This document shows, piece by piece, positions 9,497-20,800 of a DNA stretch of 48,564 nucleotides (position 1 is the stretch's first letter; each line of letters opens with the position of its first letter). Made by a program: the position numbers and the translations under genes. Source of the DNA: an uncultured Clostridia bacterium (GTDB lineage: Bacteria > Bacillota > Clostridia > Christensenellales > UBA1242); the NCBI GenBank assembly GCA_944383255.1, contig CALWOY010000035.1, positions 1 to 48,564 of the forward strand, read 5' to 3'. The notes below the pieces were generated by a model. It was given only the letters and a program-made list of their open reading frames with translations. It was not told where the DNA came from and ran no database searches.

Positions 9497-10657
9497 ATGT
9501 CAAGTTATCAAAACTTTTTAAGAGATAATGATGCCATAAGCGGAGCGCTCCTTGGGGGATTTAATGAAGACGATAAATATGTTGTGCCTTCTAGTATAAT
9601 ATCTGAACTTTTAAAAATAAAAAAGTTAATTACAAAATATACATTAGAATACATAGTTTGTCATGCAGAAATTTCTGATTATAAAATAAACTTTTTAATA
9701 AAATACGTAGATGATAATCTTGACAACAAAAGATATGCCTCACTTTATTTAATAGAAAATTATGAAAGTATGGGCAAAAAAATTGAACTTTCAACATTTG
9801 TAGCTAGTTTTGAAAATATTAATGATGTAACATTTTTTGATGAATTAAAGAAAGCATTCAACCTTTATACCGCTGAAGATTTAGGTGTGGGAAAGTCAAT
9901 CAAAGATGAAAACGAAATACTTGCAAATATTTTAAATGGTAATAAGAAAACATCGCAAATTATGGTGTTAACCATGGGGAAGGAGAACAGAAAATATATC
10001 AACACTGTTCTTAAAGTGCTTAAAGACACTCCACAATTTGATGTTATATATAAAATTTTTAAAGAACAAATTTCACTTATAAAAATTGATAAAAATACAG
10101 CCAAATATTTTAATGAAGTGAAAAAAGTACTTGATAAATTGGTATTAGATCATTATATAGAGTTTAGTGAACCTACAAGAGATTATCTTGATCAAATAAA
10201 TAAAGAATATATTCAAAAGTATAATATTTTAAAACAGAAAATTACAATAACACCATCAATTTCTGGCAAGAAAAATGGAGGAGGGGTTGGCGGTGGAAAA
10301 ATCAAGATCAATAAAGTAAATATAAAATTCTCTTATTTTGGGACCAAAAGTTTTAATTATGATTTTCTTAGTCAAACAATTCCACAAGCAAAATTCAGTA
10401 AAGAACCAAACAAAGATTCTACTAGTGAAACAATTAAAACTCGCCCTATTTTTAATAAAAATTTTATTAAAGAAGCAATGAATACATTAAATAAAGAGTC
10501 ATATGAAAAAACTTATGATGATATTGAACATGCTTCTTCAAGGACACGAACGAAGGTTGTGCAAGATATTCTAAGAGATAATGAAGAAAAAATCATCATT
10601 AGTGCAGAGGAAACAAAATTGCATAATGAAAAAAAAGATATAGAATTTACTTTTTAA
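9497..10657 (+). CDS. hypothetical protein, apparently in an operon with prfA
   Basis: Strong AAGGAGG RBS 5 nt upstream of the ATG. Begins 12 nt after the prfA stop. No recognisable motif; contains a Gly-rich linker (GKKNGGGVGGGK). Confidence 0.7.
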   Translation: MSSYQNFLRDNDAISGALLGGFNEDDKYVVPSSIISELLKIKKLITKYTLEYIVCHAEISDYKINFLIKYVDDNLDNKRYASLYLIENYESMGKKIELSTFVASFENINDVTFFDELKKAFNLYTAEDLGVGKSIKDENEILANILNGNKKTSQIMVLTMGKENRKYINTVLKVLKDTPQFDVIYKIFKEQISLIKIDKNTAKYFNEVKKVLDKLVLDHYIEFSEPTRDYLDQINKEYIQKYNILKQKITITPSISGKKNGGGVGGGKIKINKVNIKFSYFGTKSFNYDFLSQTIPQAKFSKEPNKDSTSETIKTRPIFNKNFIKEAMNTLNKESYEKTYDDIEHASSRTRTKVVQDILRDNEEKIIISAEETKLHNEKKDIEFTF

Positions 10658-10686
10658 ATAGAAAAAATATCAAAATTTCTTGGTGA

Positions 10687-12009
10687 ACATCTTCTTGTTC
10701 AGGGCAAAGTTCAGAACGGACACAATTTAGCATAAATGAGCTTTTTACTATTGAACCAAGCAATATTGAGATAGAAATAATAGATTCAAGAAATATTTTA
10801 ACAAATTCTGCTCAAACATTAAGTTATAGAGGAACTATTTCTACAAACGGAACGATTACTTGTCGTGTAAAAAATATACCAAATATTTCAGCCACTATAA
10901 ATTATAATACATATTATCAAAATAGAGATCATGCATATTCAGTAACTGGTAAAGAGTTTGATTCGTATGGGACATGGAGTAACTACACACAAACAAAAGC
11001 GCCAACATGTACTGTAGACGGAGAAGAAGAGCGTGAGCGTGATATATATTATCACGACATATACACATGTACATACTGTTTAACCGCATACAATGGTACA
11101 AGATATGTTGAAAGAACAGAGACCGAAACTCGAGCGGTAGATAATCTTGGACACGATTATTATACTTCAGGTTATACAGCTACAGAAACGGCAAGCACAG
11201 GCACCGAAACAATAATAACAGCAGCGACCTGCACAACTGCTGGTTCCAAGGAGATATCTTACGCACGATGGGATTATCCAATTCGTACTTGTCGAAGATG
11301 TGGTGACAGTTACACAAGTACAACAAAACGCAATCTTAGTCCGCGAATTGAAACTGAAACAATTCCTGCTACTGGACATAATTATGAGTCAACTCCTTCA
11401 GAATATAAATACTATACCACCACCCAAGATTATGCATATAGATATTGTACAAATTCAGGCTGTGAGTCATCTCTACAATCCACTGTTAGTCATTCCTGCG
11501 GCAACCCTGGGATAATGAGACGATGTGATTATTGTAGAAGATACATATACAGAAATATAACTTATACTATAAGCAAAGCCACTGCCACATTTTCATCAGG
11601 CTGGGGAACTCCAAGTGTTTCATCTGTTTGGAATCAAGCTCTTGATAAATTAAGGGAGGCTTGTGTAAATATAAAATGGACGTCATCCTACTACTTTCCT
11701 TCACTATCTACTTGTCAAAGCAAAGCAAATACTACAGGAACTCATGCGTGGGATGGAGAGAATTACAAATTTGATGTTACAATATCAGGAAGTGGCGCAT
11801 TTGGATATACTTTTAATATGACATTGCTGTATATTTCCGCTTATTCTGCGGGGAGTATTCAATCCAGTACAAGTTCACCTGGGAATTATGACGTGCAAGC
11901 CGATGAGAACAAGATAGCTTTTTATAATGGCAGGTGCGTGAATGCCCCATCAACATACATGATAGCTATTAACCCTGGAACATTTACATTGCCTACAAGC
12001 AATATTTAA
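10687..12009 (+). pseudogene. 440-codon open frame with no ATG/GTG/TTG for its first 276 codons; encodes TCTxxG...CxxC...ETET..GH(D/N)Y repeats
   Basis: I translated the frame line by line from the TGA at 10684-10686 to the TAA at 12007-12009. The first in-frame start codon is ATG 11515, which has no RBS. Repeat units lie at about 11005-11160 and 11227-11385, with a degenerate third unit. Confidence 0.5.
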
Positions 12010-12033
12010 TATTACCGCATAAACTTAGATATT

Positions 12034-12070
12034 AAAAAAGATTTAGATTTGACTTTCTAAATCTTTTTTT
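12034..12070. terminator. bidirectional terminator between convergent genes
   Basis: AAGATTTAGA (12038-12047) pairs with TCTAAATCTT (12056-12065), with an A-run and a T-run flanking. Confidence 0.8.
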
Positions 12071-12085
12071 AAATTAATATTTAAT

Positions 12086-14371
12086 TTAAATAATAGTAGG
12101 AGTAAAAGTTGGGCCATCATCTGTTTTGGTTGTAGAATCTTTCGTTTTTTTAGTTTCTTGTTTTTTATAATTATGCTTTAAATATTCTGTTTCAATTGCT
12201 TTTAGTTGTTCAATATCAAGGTTAACTGCAGGTTGTTCAAGGCCGTTATTTTTAATGATTACACTGAAATCACTTTTATCGATTTCGGGTTCATGATCTA
12301 GCCAAGGATATGGTTCTTGTCCGGCTTCTTGTCTTTGTTTCATATCCTCCTTTAAATTATTTTCTAGATTATCAAGTTTACTATTATTTGTATAACTAAC
12401 TGGATTTTCAAAATTATATAATCTATTTTTGTAATTTTTTAATGTGTTTATGTCTTGAATTATTAAAGCTTTTTTATCTTCAGGTATAGCATATTCACCG
12501 ATGTTTAATAATTTTTCTCTGGCAACAATTTCTTTATCAAGTTTATTTAATGCTTCTTCCTTACTTATATTAAATTTATCTTGTTGTTGTTGCGCTACCG
12601 CGCGGAGCTCATTTAATTTGTGAAAAGAAGGCAAGTCTTGAGGGTTTTGCTGTATTTTCTCTGCTTTTAGCTTTTCCCTATATTCATTGTGAGATAAATG
12701 TTCTCTTGAGCGAGTTTCTAATCTTTGCAACTTTTCCTGATTACGTTTACTTAAAGATTTCTTTTGTGCTTTTTTTGAAAGCTTTTCGAGTGTTCTTTCT
12801 TCTCGCAATGAAAGTTCTTTTATAGAATGCTTTGCATGCAACCATTCTTTAAAGTCTTTGCCTATACTAAACATTGAACTAAAAGTACCAGAAGGGAGCA
12901 TTGATTGAACGGCTAAAGATGTTGCCATTCCAGCTACACACATAGTTGCGAGAAGTGCAAACAATGGATTTGCTAGCATCAAAGCTGCCATAAAGAAGTT
13001 GGCTGCTACAATTAAAAGTATTATTCTTATGCCTTTTTGAACCATTGTTGCTTCTTTTTCATTAACTGTTTTTTTAAGTTCTTTGTCTTTCTTTGAGTTG
13101 TTATCAGCATTATTGCCTTCATTAGCAATATTTTTTTCATTTTTGCCTTTATTGTTGTCGCTTTGTGGAGGAACTGGATTCGACATTTGCTTTTTAGGAG
13201 TATCGGTGGCAAAGTTATTTGCTTCGTTAGGTTTTTCAGATTGCTTTTGTGGTTTTATTTGCTCATTTGGTATAACTTGTGGAGTTGTATCGCCAGCATC
13301 TCCGTTATTGCTATCGTCATTGTGACTAATTGAATTTGATTTACTGGATGTGTCATTTGTTTCCAGTTCTGTGGGATTTCCGGTTATTCCTACACTTTGA
13401 TAGTCATTGGCATTTATTCCCAAATTGATAGGGTATTCAAGGTTATCAAAAATTGGTGTATTAATCGTAAAATATTCGTTATTCAAATTGCCATCAATTG
13501 TATTGTTTATAGCATCTTTGTTGTCTTCTTGTTTCTTTGCTTTATTTTTTACAGTATCTTTACCAAGTCTATAAGTAGAAGTAAATTTTGTTAAACGTAT
13601 ATATGAAGAATCCGAAGTTAAGTGTGGAATTTGATTTAAATCTAAGGTACTGCCAACAAATTCACTAAATGCTTTGGCATCTTCTTCTGAGATCCTTGTG
13701 CCTTTTCTAAGTCTGTTTTCTTCTATTTTTGACAATTCAGACATTGGTAAAAATCTAAGCACTAAACCGCTTGGTGCTTGCACAATATCTGTCAAACTTG
13801 ATGTTGACCATTTTGTACCATCTTGGAAAAGAATTTTTCCCTCAGGCGATTTTAGGATCGTTGTACCGTTTCTTAAAGTAAGCGCTTGATATTTATAATC
13901 ATTTACAAGCATATTTGTCATTTGAGCAGGAAAAGAATTCATTTTTATATTGCCATTAGATATTTGGGTTGGCAAACTTTCTGGCAAAGTTACATCAAGT
14001 GGTTTGTTAAATGTTGCAACAGGTGTAAAACTTGTGCCGATTTTAACGCTCAGTTCGTGATGTGAAATTTTGAATGTTCTTTTGCCTTTTTCTGTGTCGG
14101 TTGTAATAGTAAAATCAGTATTGTATTGGATTTGAATATTTGAAACATCTTTTAAAATAATAATATTTTCTTTTGATATAGCATCAAACCTATGAGTTGA
14201 GTTATCTATTGTAAATTCGCGTTTTTTTGGTTCCAACATCATTACTGCATTATATGAGCCTTGTTCATATAGGCAAAGAGCATCGTCATCTTTTGCCATA
14301 CTGAAATTTTGTTTTTCAGTGCGTTCACCATATTTGATATCAATACTAAATCCATTTTTAAAATCAGGCAT
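12086..14371 (-). CDS. hypothetical membrane protein: ~465-aa N-terminal region, Asn/Lys/Asp low-complexity linker, two adjacent TM helices, ~270-aa coiled-coil tail
   Basis: AGGAGG RBS at 14379-14384. The hydrophobic pair is GIRIILLIVAANFFMAALMLA / NPLFALLATMCVAGMATSLAV. The C-terminus is heptad-like and rich in K/E/Q. Confidence 0.8.
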   Translation of the reverse strand: MPDFKNGFSIDIKYGERTEKQNFSMAKDDDALCLYEQGSYNAVMMLEPKKREFTIDNSTHRFDAISKENIIILKDVSNIQIQYNTDFTITTDTEKGKRTFKISHHELSVKIGTSFTPVATFNKPLDVTLPESLPTQISNGNIKMNSFPAQMTNMLVNDYKYQALTLRNGTTILKSPEGKILFQDGTKWSTSSLTDIVQAPSGLVLRFLPMSELSKIEENRLRKGTRISEEDAKAFSEFVGSTLDLNQIPHLTSDSSYIRLTKFTSTYRLGKDTVKNKAKKQEDNKDAINNTIDGNLNNEYFTINTPIFDNLEYPINLGINANDYQSVGITGNPTELETNDTSSKSNSISHNDDSNNGDAGDTTPQVIPNEQIKPQKQSEKPNEANNFATDTPKKQMSNPVPPQSDNNKGKNEKNIANEGNNADNNSKKDKELKKTVNEKEATMVQKGIRIILLIVAANFFMAALMLANPLFALLATMCVAGMATSLAVQSMLPSGTFSSMFSIGKDFKEWLHAKHSIKELSLREERTLEKLSKKAQKKSLSKRNQEKLQRLETRSREHLSHNEYREKLKAEKIQQNPQDLPSFHKLNELRAVAQQQQDKFNISKEEALNKLDKEIVAREKLLNIGEYAIPEDKKALIIQDINTLKNYKNRLYNFENPVSYTNNSKLDNLENNLKEDMKQRQEAGQEPYPWLDHEPEIDKSDFSVIIKNNGLEQPAVNLDIEQLKAIETEYLKHNYKKQETKKTKDSTTKTDDGPTFTPTII

Positions 14372-14401
14372 AGTTCATCCTCCTATCCATATCTTGACTG
14401 T

Positions 14402-14431
14402 AGTATACTCCTATTAATAGCATTTTGTCAA
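14402..14431 (-). promoter_or_regulatory. sigma-A type promoter of the 761-aa gene
   Basis: On the minus strand: TTGACA (14431-14426), an 18-nt spacer, then TATACT (14407-14402). Confidence 0.5.
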
Positions 14432-14432
14432 T

Positions 14433-14456
14433 AATTAGTATTCTAATTAGTATTCT
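14433..14456. repeat. perfect tandem duplication of a 12-nt unit AATTAGTATTCT
   Basis: 14433-14444 equals 14445-14456. It sits immediately upstream of the -35 of the minus-strand promoter. Confidence 0.9.
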
Positions 14457-14532
14457 AAAAAGTTTATATAGGTGATATGTTGGCGTCATCTATCCGATAT
14501 AATAAAAAATTGGTCTTTTGATTATAAAATAA

Positions 14533-14560
14533 TTTGTGTATTTTGATTTGTGTATTTTGA
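14533..14560. repeat. perfect tandem duplication of a 14-nt unit TTTGTGTATTTTGA
   Basis: 14533-14546 equals 14547-14560, within the divergent intergenic region. Confidence 0.9.
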
Positions 14561-14719
14561 AAATAAATAAAGATAGAAAAATTAAAATAAAATTTAAATA
14601 AAAATATTTTTATTAAATAAATTTAATAATTTTTTTTTATTTTTATAAAAAAAATAATTTTTGAAAACGATAAAATATTTTGGCGAAATAAAAAATATTT
14701 AAAATGAATTTTAAATTGT

Positions 14720-14748
14720 TTGACTTAAACAGGCGCAAACTATATAAT
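14720..14748 (+). promoter_or_regulatory. near-consensus sigma-A promoter of the giant gene
   Basis: TTGACT (14720-14725), a 17-nt spacer, then TATAAT (14743-14748). It is preceded by ~150 nt of almost pure A/T. Confidence 0.7.
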
Positions 14749-14806
14749 TATTTTGACTAATAATGTAAATAATAAATTAAAGTCGGTTGCTAAGTGGAGA
14801 AATAAT

Positions 14807-17800
14807 ATGAAATTTACTACATTTTTAAAGGTTTTTGCAATTTCACTCGCTGTGTTTGTTGGTGCGTGTGGAATTGGCGTAGGAATTTTGGCAATAGCAG
14901 GTTATTTTAGTACGCCACAGATTATGCCTCAAGATTTGGCATTTGACCAAGTGGAGTATAATGTTGATGACGATTTTACTATCACCATTTCTACAACAAC
15001 GCAAGATGTTTCAGAAACCACATTAACCTTAAGTTTACAAAATGGCAACATTATCACAACTTCTGATGGTAGTGTGCGCATTTCCGATGGAGTAATTTCT
15101 ATACCACAAACAGCAACTATTGGTGTTCCATTTAATGTTTATGTAGAAACAACTGTGCATGATGCTGAATGTAATGGAGAAGAATGGATAACTGGTGGGC
15201 ATAGTATAATTACCGCGACTTCACAAAATCAGCAGATAGATTCAATTAGTGCCAATGTCAATGTTGATGTCCCAGTTTATAGAGTTGAGCTTGAAACACG
15301 AGTAAGTTCACAAGATGAAAATAGTGATGTGTTTGCTGTCGGCTCATCTGTTAGCACAAATCTAAAATTTTATCCAGCACGAAGTGCTTATCAGTATAGC
15401 CATGACGGTACAGATGGTGGAGAAGTAGTATACAAAAATACTTATTTTATGGCAGCATCAAGTACTGATGAAAATATCACACAACAGGGTCATACCAATG
15501 TGTTCACAACAAGTCGTATCGGGACAAGTACAATTGTTGGTTATGTCTTTGCTTCTACACCTATTGAAGAAAGGGTATTACTCGGCTATCAAGGTCTTGA
15601 TGAAGATGCTAAATTTGCCGCAGTATTGGCAAGGCTTGAACAATTGGCATCTGATACTTTAGACTCGGATCGTCAAGCATATAGAGCCAATAAAACAATA
15701 GATATTGTTGAAGTAACAGTTGATAGTATGCGTCTAGATGGTGGTATGGGTAATGTAAAGGTTGATACTTTGTTTACTTTATATGCAAACAATTCAAACA
15801 TTGCACAAGCCTCTTCTCGGTCAAGCCTTGGTATCCGCCTATATTCAAGTTTAGATCAATCAATATCTCTTCAACATGAGTTAAACAATGTTGCAATAAG
15901 GTTTTTATATAGAGTTGGCAATACATATTATGATGCAGTAAACAATGAGAATAGTGCATATAATGTTGTTACAATTCCAAGTTATGGTTATGGAGAAACA
16001 AGGCAGGTACTTGTCAATGGGGCAACATTTACATATTATTTTCCAGTTATCACATCAAGTATAGATGAATATTATTGGCAATTTGCAGTTACAAGCAATG
16101 TGGATTCAAATAATCTATGTATAGAAGTAAGATATTTTGGGGAAACAGCAGAAAATGTTGAGCCAATTTCAGTTAATTTTTCAACAAATTCTGTGCAAGA
16201 TAATTCAATTTACTGGTCAACAACTAATCAAACATTAACTATTATTGATGGTGAAACCCCAAATTTAAATAGTCTTGACGTTAAAACTTTTGCGGTGGTT
16301 CCAAATGAAAATTTATATCAAAGGCGCGCATATTTTGTGGTTGAATCTAGTGATATAAGTGTTGAAGATATGATTGTAACAACCGGTGAGGCAGTAGAAT
16401 ATCAACTTGGTTCTCAAACTGTTAGGTTATATGAAATTGAAGATGGTATTATTCAACCTCGCACTACTCAAGCTTATGGAAGAACATTTGATGTTGTATT
16501 TATGACAATACAAACAGATTATCAAGGAAATCCTAAACTTGATGAACAAGGTAGATATGTAATTCAACGATACAGCCAAGATTCATTAAATGCAATATCA
16601 ACATTAGAAGTTTATGTAAATAAAACATTGTATAATTTAACTAGCAATATTCAAACAGTTCTTACTAATGATGAACTTATTATAAATGCTGAAACAAATG
16701 ATATAGCTTATGTTCACAATACGACTGCTCCTTTTGAGGTTGTTTTGGGTTATTCGTTGCCAGCATCTGCAGGACAAAGCGAACAGACAAATGAGCAACT
16801 TATTTTTAGGAATGCAGTGCTTAATGGCGAGATCGATATTATTGCAAAAATTCAAGATACAGATTCTGAAACTTCCATTATATACAGCACTTCAAGTTCG
16901 GAACAAAATAATGGAAATGAGTTTGTTTTTTCAATGAATATTGGTTCGTTACCGAACAATGTTAGTGCAAGAAGAATAAAATTGTATGTAGTATATGATA
17001 ATGCGGCCTTTTCTACACCACGCGAAGATGCGATTTCCACATATAATGATGGCCAACAGTTTGAATGTATTGAAGTTTATGATGGATCTGCTGAAATATT
17101 TGATTTTAATGTAAATTTGGTTGAAGATGGAGCATATAAATCAGATCCAGAAAATAGAATTTTAGTCACATCTGACATTCAAAGCGAAAATGGTTATATA
17201 AACAATATTCAGACAACTTATAACTATCGCGGAAATGAAATAAGCGAATTTTTATTTGAAAGTAACGGTCAGCAAATTGATTATTCTGCATTAGCTGTGG
17301 TTCTAGAAGATAAATATGGTAAGAAACCTATCTCAAGTGAATATGTTTTTGAAAGTTCTAATGTATCTATATTGAATATTGCAAATGGCATATTGACTTT
17401 TAATGGAACAGGAGATGTAGAGCTGTATCTTAAAGATGCAGAAGGGGTTATTCAAGATACTTTATATTTTACTTGTCAGCAAAATGGCTATATATCTCAA
17501 GTAGACCAGCTTCTTGAAAGATATTCTGGTAGTACTGCATCGAAAAGTAGTGTGGTTGTTTATACTTATTCAGACAGAGCATATGACTTTGCACCTATTT
17601 CAGTTCAATTAGTTGGTTACGCAGGTTCGACAATAAGCTTGAAATCGACTATGGCGGGAGTAGTTAATTTAATTTCTTATACTTATACTTACAATGATGG
17701 ACAAGCATTGTTAACTCAGCTAATGAATTTTAGTTTAGTTAATGAACAGGATGCAAGTACTCTCGACGGTTTTGTGGAGTTTGGTGGACAATTTAACAAT

Positions 17801-20800
17801 TTAACATATTTGACAATATTAAAGGATTTTGGAAAACCATATAGCCTACAATTGCGTGTAACTGTTGCGGCACTTGGAATATCTCAAGTTATTACATTAA
17901 ATATTGCACGAGATTTGTATCTTTCAGTTGATTCTTATGGCAATGATTATGAAGATGAGCCTATATCTATTGTTGGCAATGTATCGTATCAAGGTGTTTA
18001 TGCTGATTCGCTTTATCAAGTTAGAATACAATTAAATTACACTATTGGTTCAGGCTCACCTGATTTTACACTTGATACCTCAAAGTATTCACTTTATATA
18101 TATGAATATGATGAAAATGGTCAACAAATCGGAAATAGAACTCTAGTAACAAATTCAGATACACCTTCGTCAATTGCTTATATCGCTAGTTATACATCTT
18201 CCACTGATGTACAAATTGATAACGGCATAGGGATTGGTCGTGAAGATGGGTCAAAGTTAACATATGTATATAATGCTTATATTGTCTTTAAATCATTTAA
18301 TGAAAACAATGGCTATAGGCGTGTAATGTTATCATTAGAAAAAAATGACGAGCAAAATACTGCTATTGATGCATTGGGCTCATTGTATTTATATATAAAT
18401 CCAAACATTAGAGTTAAACAAGATGTTACTGACTTAGCATTAGATATAGCTAATAGTCAAGTAGATGATATAAGTTACTATGGAAGGGCAGTGCTATTAG
18501 ATAATAGTGAGCAATCTCCATTGATGGTATATAGAGTGGTAGACAACTCAGGTGAAGTTCAAAATATTTCATTTGAACTTGATTATTCAAAAATTGGTTT
18601 TAAATTTGTTAATGAAGAAGATTCAAACAGATTCTATATAGCTCGTGAAGGTGACGGTTTCGTATTATATAGTCTTGCAAACATAAATAATAGCATATCA
18701 CTAAAAATAATTTTAACATATGATGGTGTAGATGTTCTAACAAATGACGGCAAAACTTATGAAATGCAATTTAACCTCAGCCCTAATATAACACGAAACC
18801 CAGATAGCACTATGTGGGTTCTATATAAAGGCGAATATTATTTAAAACTTGTAAATGGTGAGCAATATACATTTGAGACAATTTTGCAAGCATTTAGTAT
18901 TAAAAGCTATGGCATAATAGATGTGACACCAAATTTAGATATACAGAGTACAAACAATATTGTAGTTCAAGGACAATCTATTTCTATTCAAGGCGTCAAT
19001 AATAATATTATTGATTCTAGTTTTGCTGCGATATATTTAAACAATGCTATAGATGGTCGAGGAGATAGTATAACATTTAAAATATTGTTGCTTCCATTTG
19101 ATATACCATATGTTATTTATCCAAATACAACTGGAGAATATGATTTATTTAATCTTCTTAACATAGACTGGGTAATTACTGAAGAACTTTATTATACTTT
19201 GGAAGGAGCTGGTCTTGAGGGTACTGATTTGCTCATTGAAGAAGATGAGGTTATAACCGATGGTGTATACGGAATCAAATATGTTCCTGGAATGCAGTTA
19301 ACAGTACGAAACCTTGATTCAAATGACAAAAATATTTATGCTCGCTTTGAGGGTACTAATTTTATAACAGAACCAGTTGGACGTGATACTTTCGTTATTA
19401 TAGAAGCACGTTTAAACTTGGCAACTAACAGTTTGGTTATTCCTTACTTAGTTCAAATTAAAAAAGTTTTGGATATCCGTACTTATTATCCATATATGAC
19501 GACTTATTCACAAAATTCAAATGTTAGTGGATCAGATCTTTATAGTGATATTGACAATGTTACATTTGATATGGAGTATCTTGAATTTAATCAAGAAGGC
19601 AATGCCACTATTGATATGTTAGAAGTATTTGACGACACAATTCCAAATTCAACAAATTCTACAAGTAGGGTAGTTATTGGCCGAAATGATAATGGAGTTT
19701 TTACTGAGCAGGAGAATTTGCCTTCGGCGGTTTTGACATTTACAATTAGTGAAGTTGCTTATTATTTCTTCCGATGGGAAACAGCACAAAATGTCAATCA
19801 ATATGCGACCATAGGCTCAGGTATTCATGGAAATAGTGTAATCAATATAAATCGTGATGGTGCTCAATATTTGAGAGTCAAGGTGCTTATGACGACACAA
19901 AACGGACTTGAAGCATATTATTATATAAGTGTAGGCGAAATACCTAATTTGAATTTTACACAGCGTACAGATGAAGGTGTGTCAAGTCCTGACATACAAG
20001 ATATATCACTTCCAGCTGGAGAAGGTAAAGAAATAGAATTAACAGGCAGATATAATTTAACAATGAGCCTTAATTCCTCCTCATCTAGTACAACAGATGC
20101 AAATCATTTGTTATCTTATTATGTTGTACCAAGTCACATTGAAGGACACTATGCTTGGGTTGATTACGAAAGTATGACTCTTAATGCAGAGGATACAACT
20201 GAGAATTGGAACACACAATTTGTTTTTTATACAAAATTTGGAGCTTTGGATATAGTAAATTTATATATCCTATCTAACTATTCAATAGAACTAATTGATG
20301 AGAATACAAGTCTTAAATATAATAGTGCGTTTAATATATATGAGGTAGATTCTGGAAATATTATTGATATAAATAATACTTTTAAGGTTATAAAAGATGA
20401 TGGTCAGAGTGAATTCACTACTTTTGATGAAATAAACATTAATATTTTAACACCAATAGAAGATGAAATTATTTCTTCTACAGAAATTGATGGTAATGAT
20501 ATTTTAAGAGTTGGGCTTGTAACACAAGATACATATGTTGATGTTTTAATTGTTTTCATCTTTACTGACAATGGAGAGCAAGTTACTTATAATCTTTCAA
20601 TGAGATTGCGAATAAATGCAATCTTTAATGTGGGTGTTATCAATGATCAGCCAATTACCCAAATGAATATGCTACCAGTAACTGGTGTTTCAGCTGGTTC
20701 TATCAATAACTTGGATATACTAGCCCAGTTGTTTAATTATACAGGTGAGGCTGATTTTGATTTGTGGTATCAAAATGTAATAGATAATAATTTAGGATCT

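Noticed and set aside
10627-10686. TGA read as Trp (genetic code 4), to extend the start-less ORF upstream
   Set aside because: Read-through of TGA 10684 still meets TGA 10627 and finds no start codon. TGA clearly acts as a stop elsewhere, as in the ATGA overlap at 38748-38751 and the island genes ending at 29115 and 33237.
11515-12009. 164-aa ORF treated as an independent gene
   Set aside because: The same frame is open for 276 codons upstream and the Cys-motif repeats run across 11515. The ATG has no RBS.
14753-14806. ORF-track start (TTG at 14753) of the giant gene
   Set aside because: It lies 5 nt after the TATAAT -10 element, at the predicted transcription start, and has no RBS. ATG 14807 has GGAG upstream and begins a typical signal-anchor.
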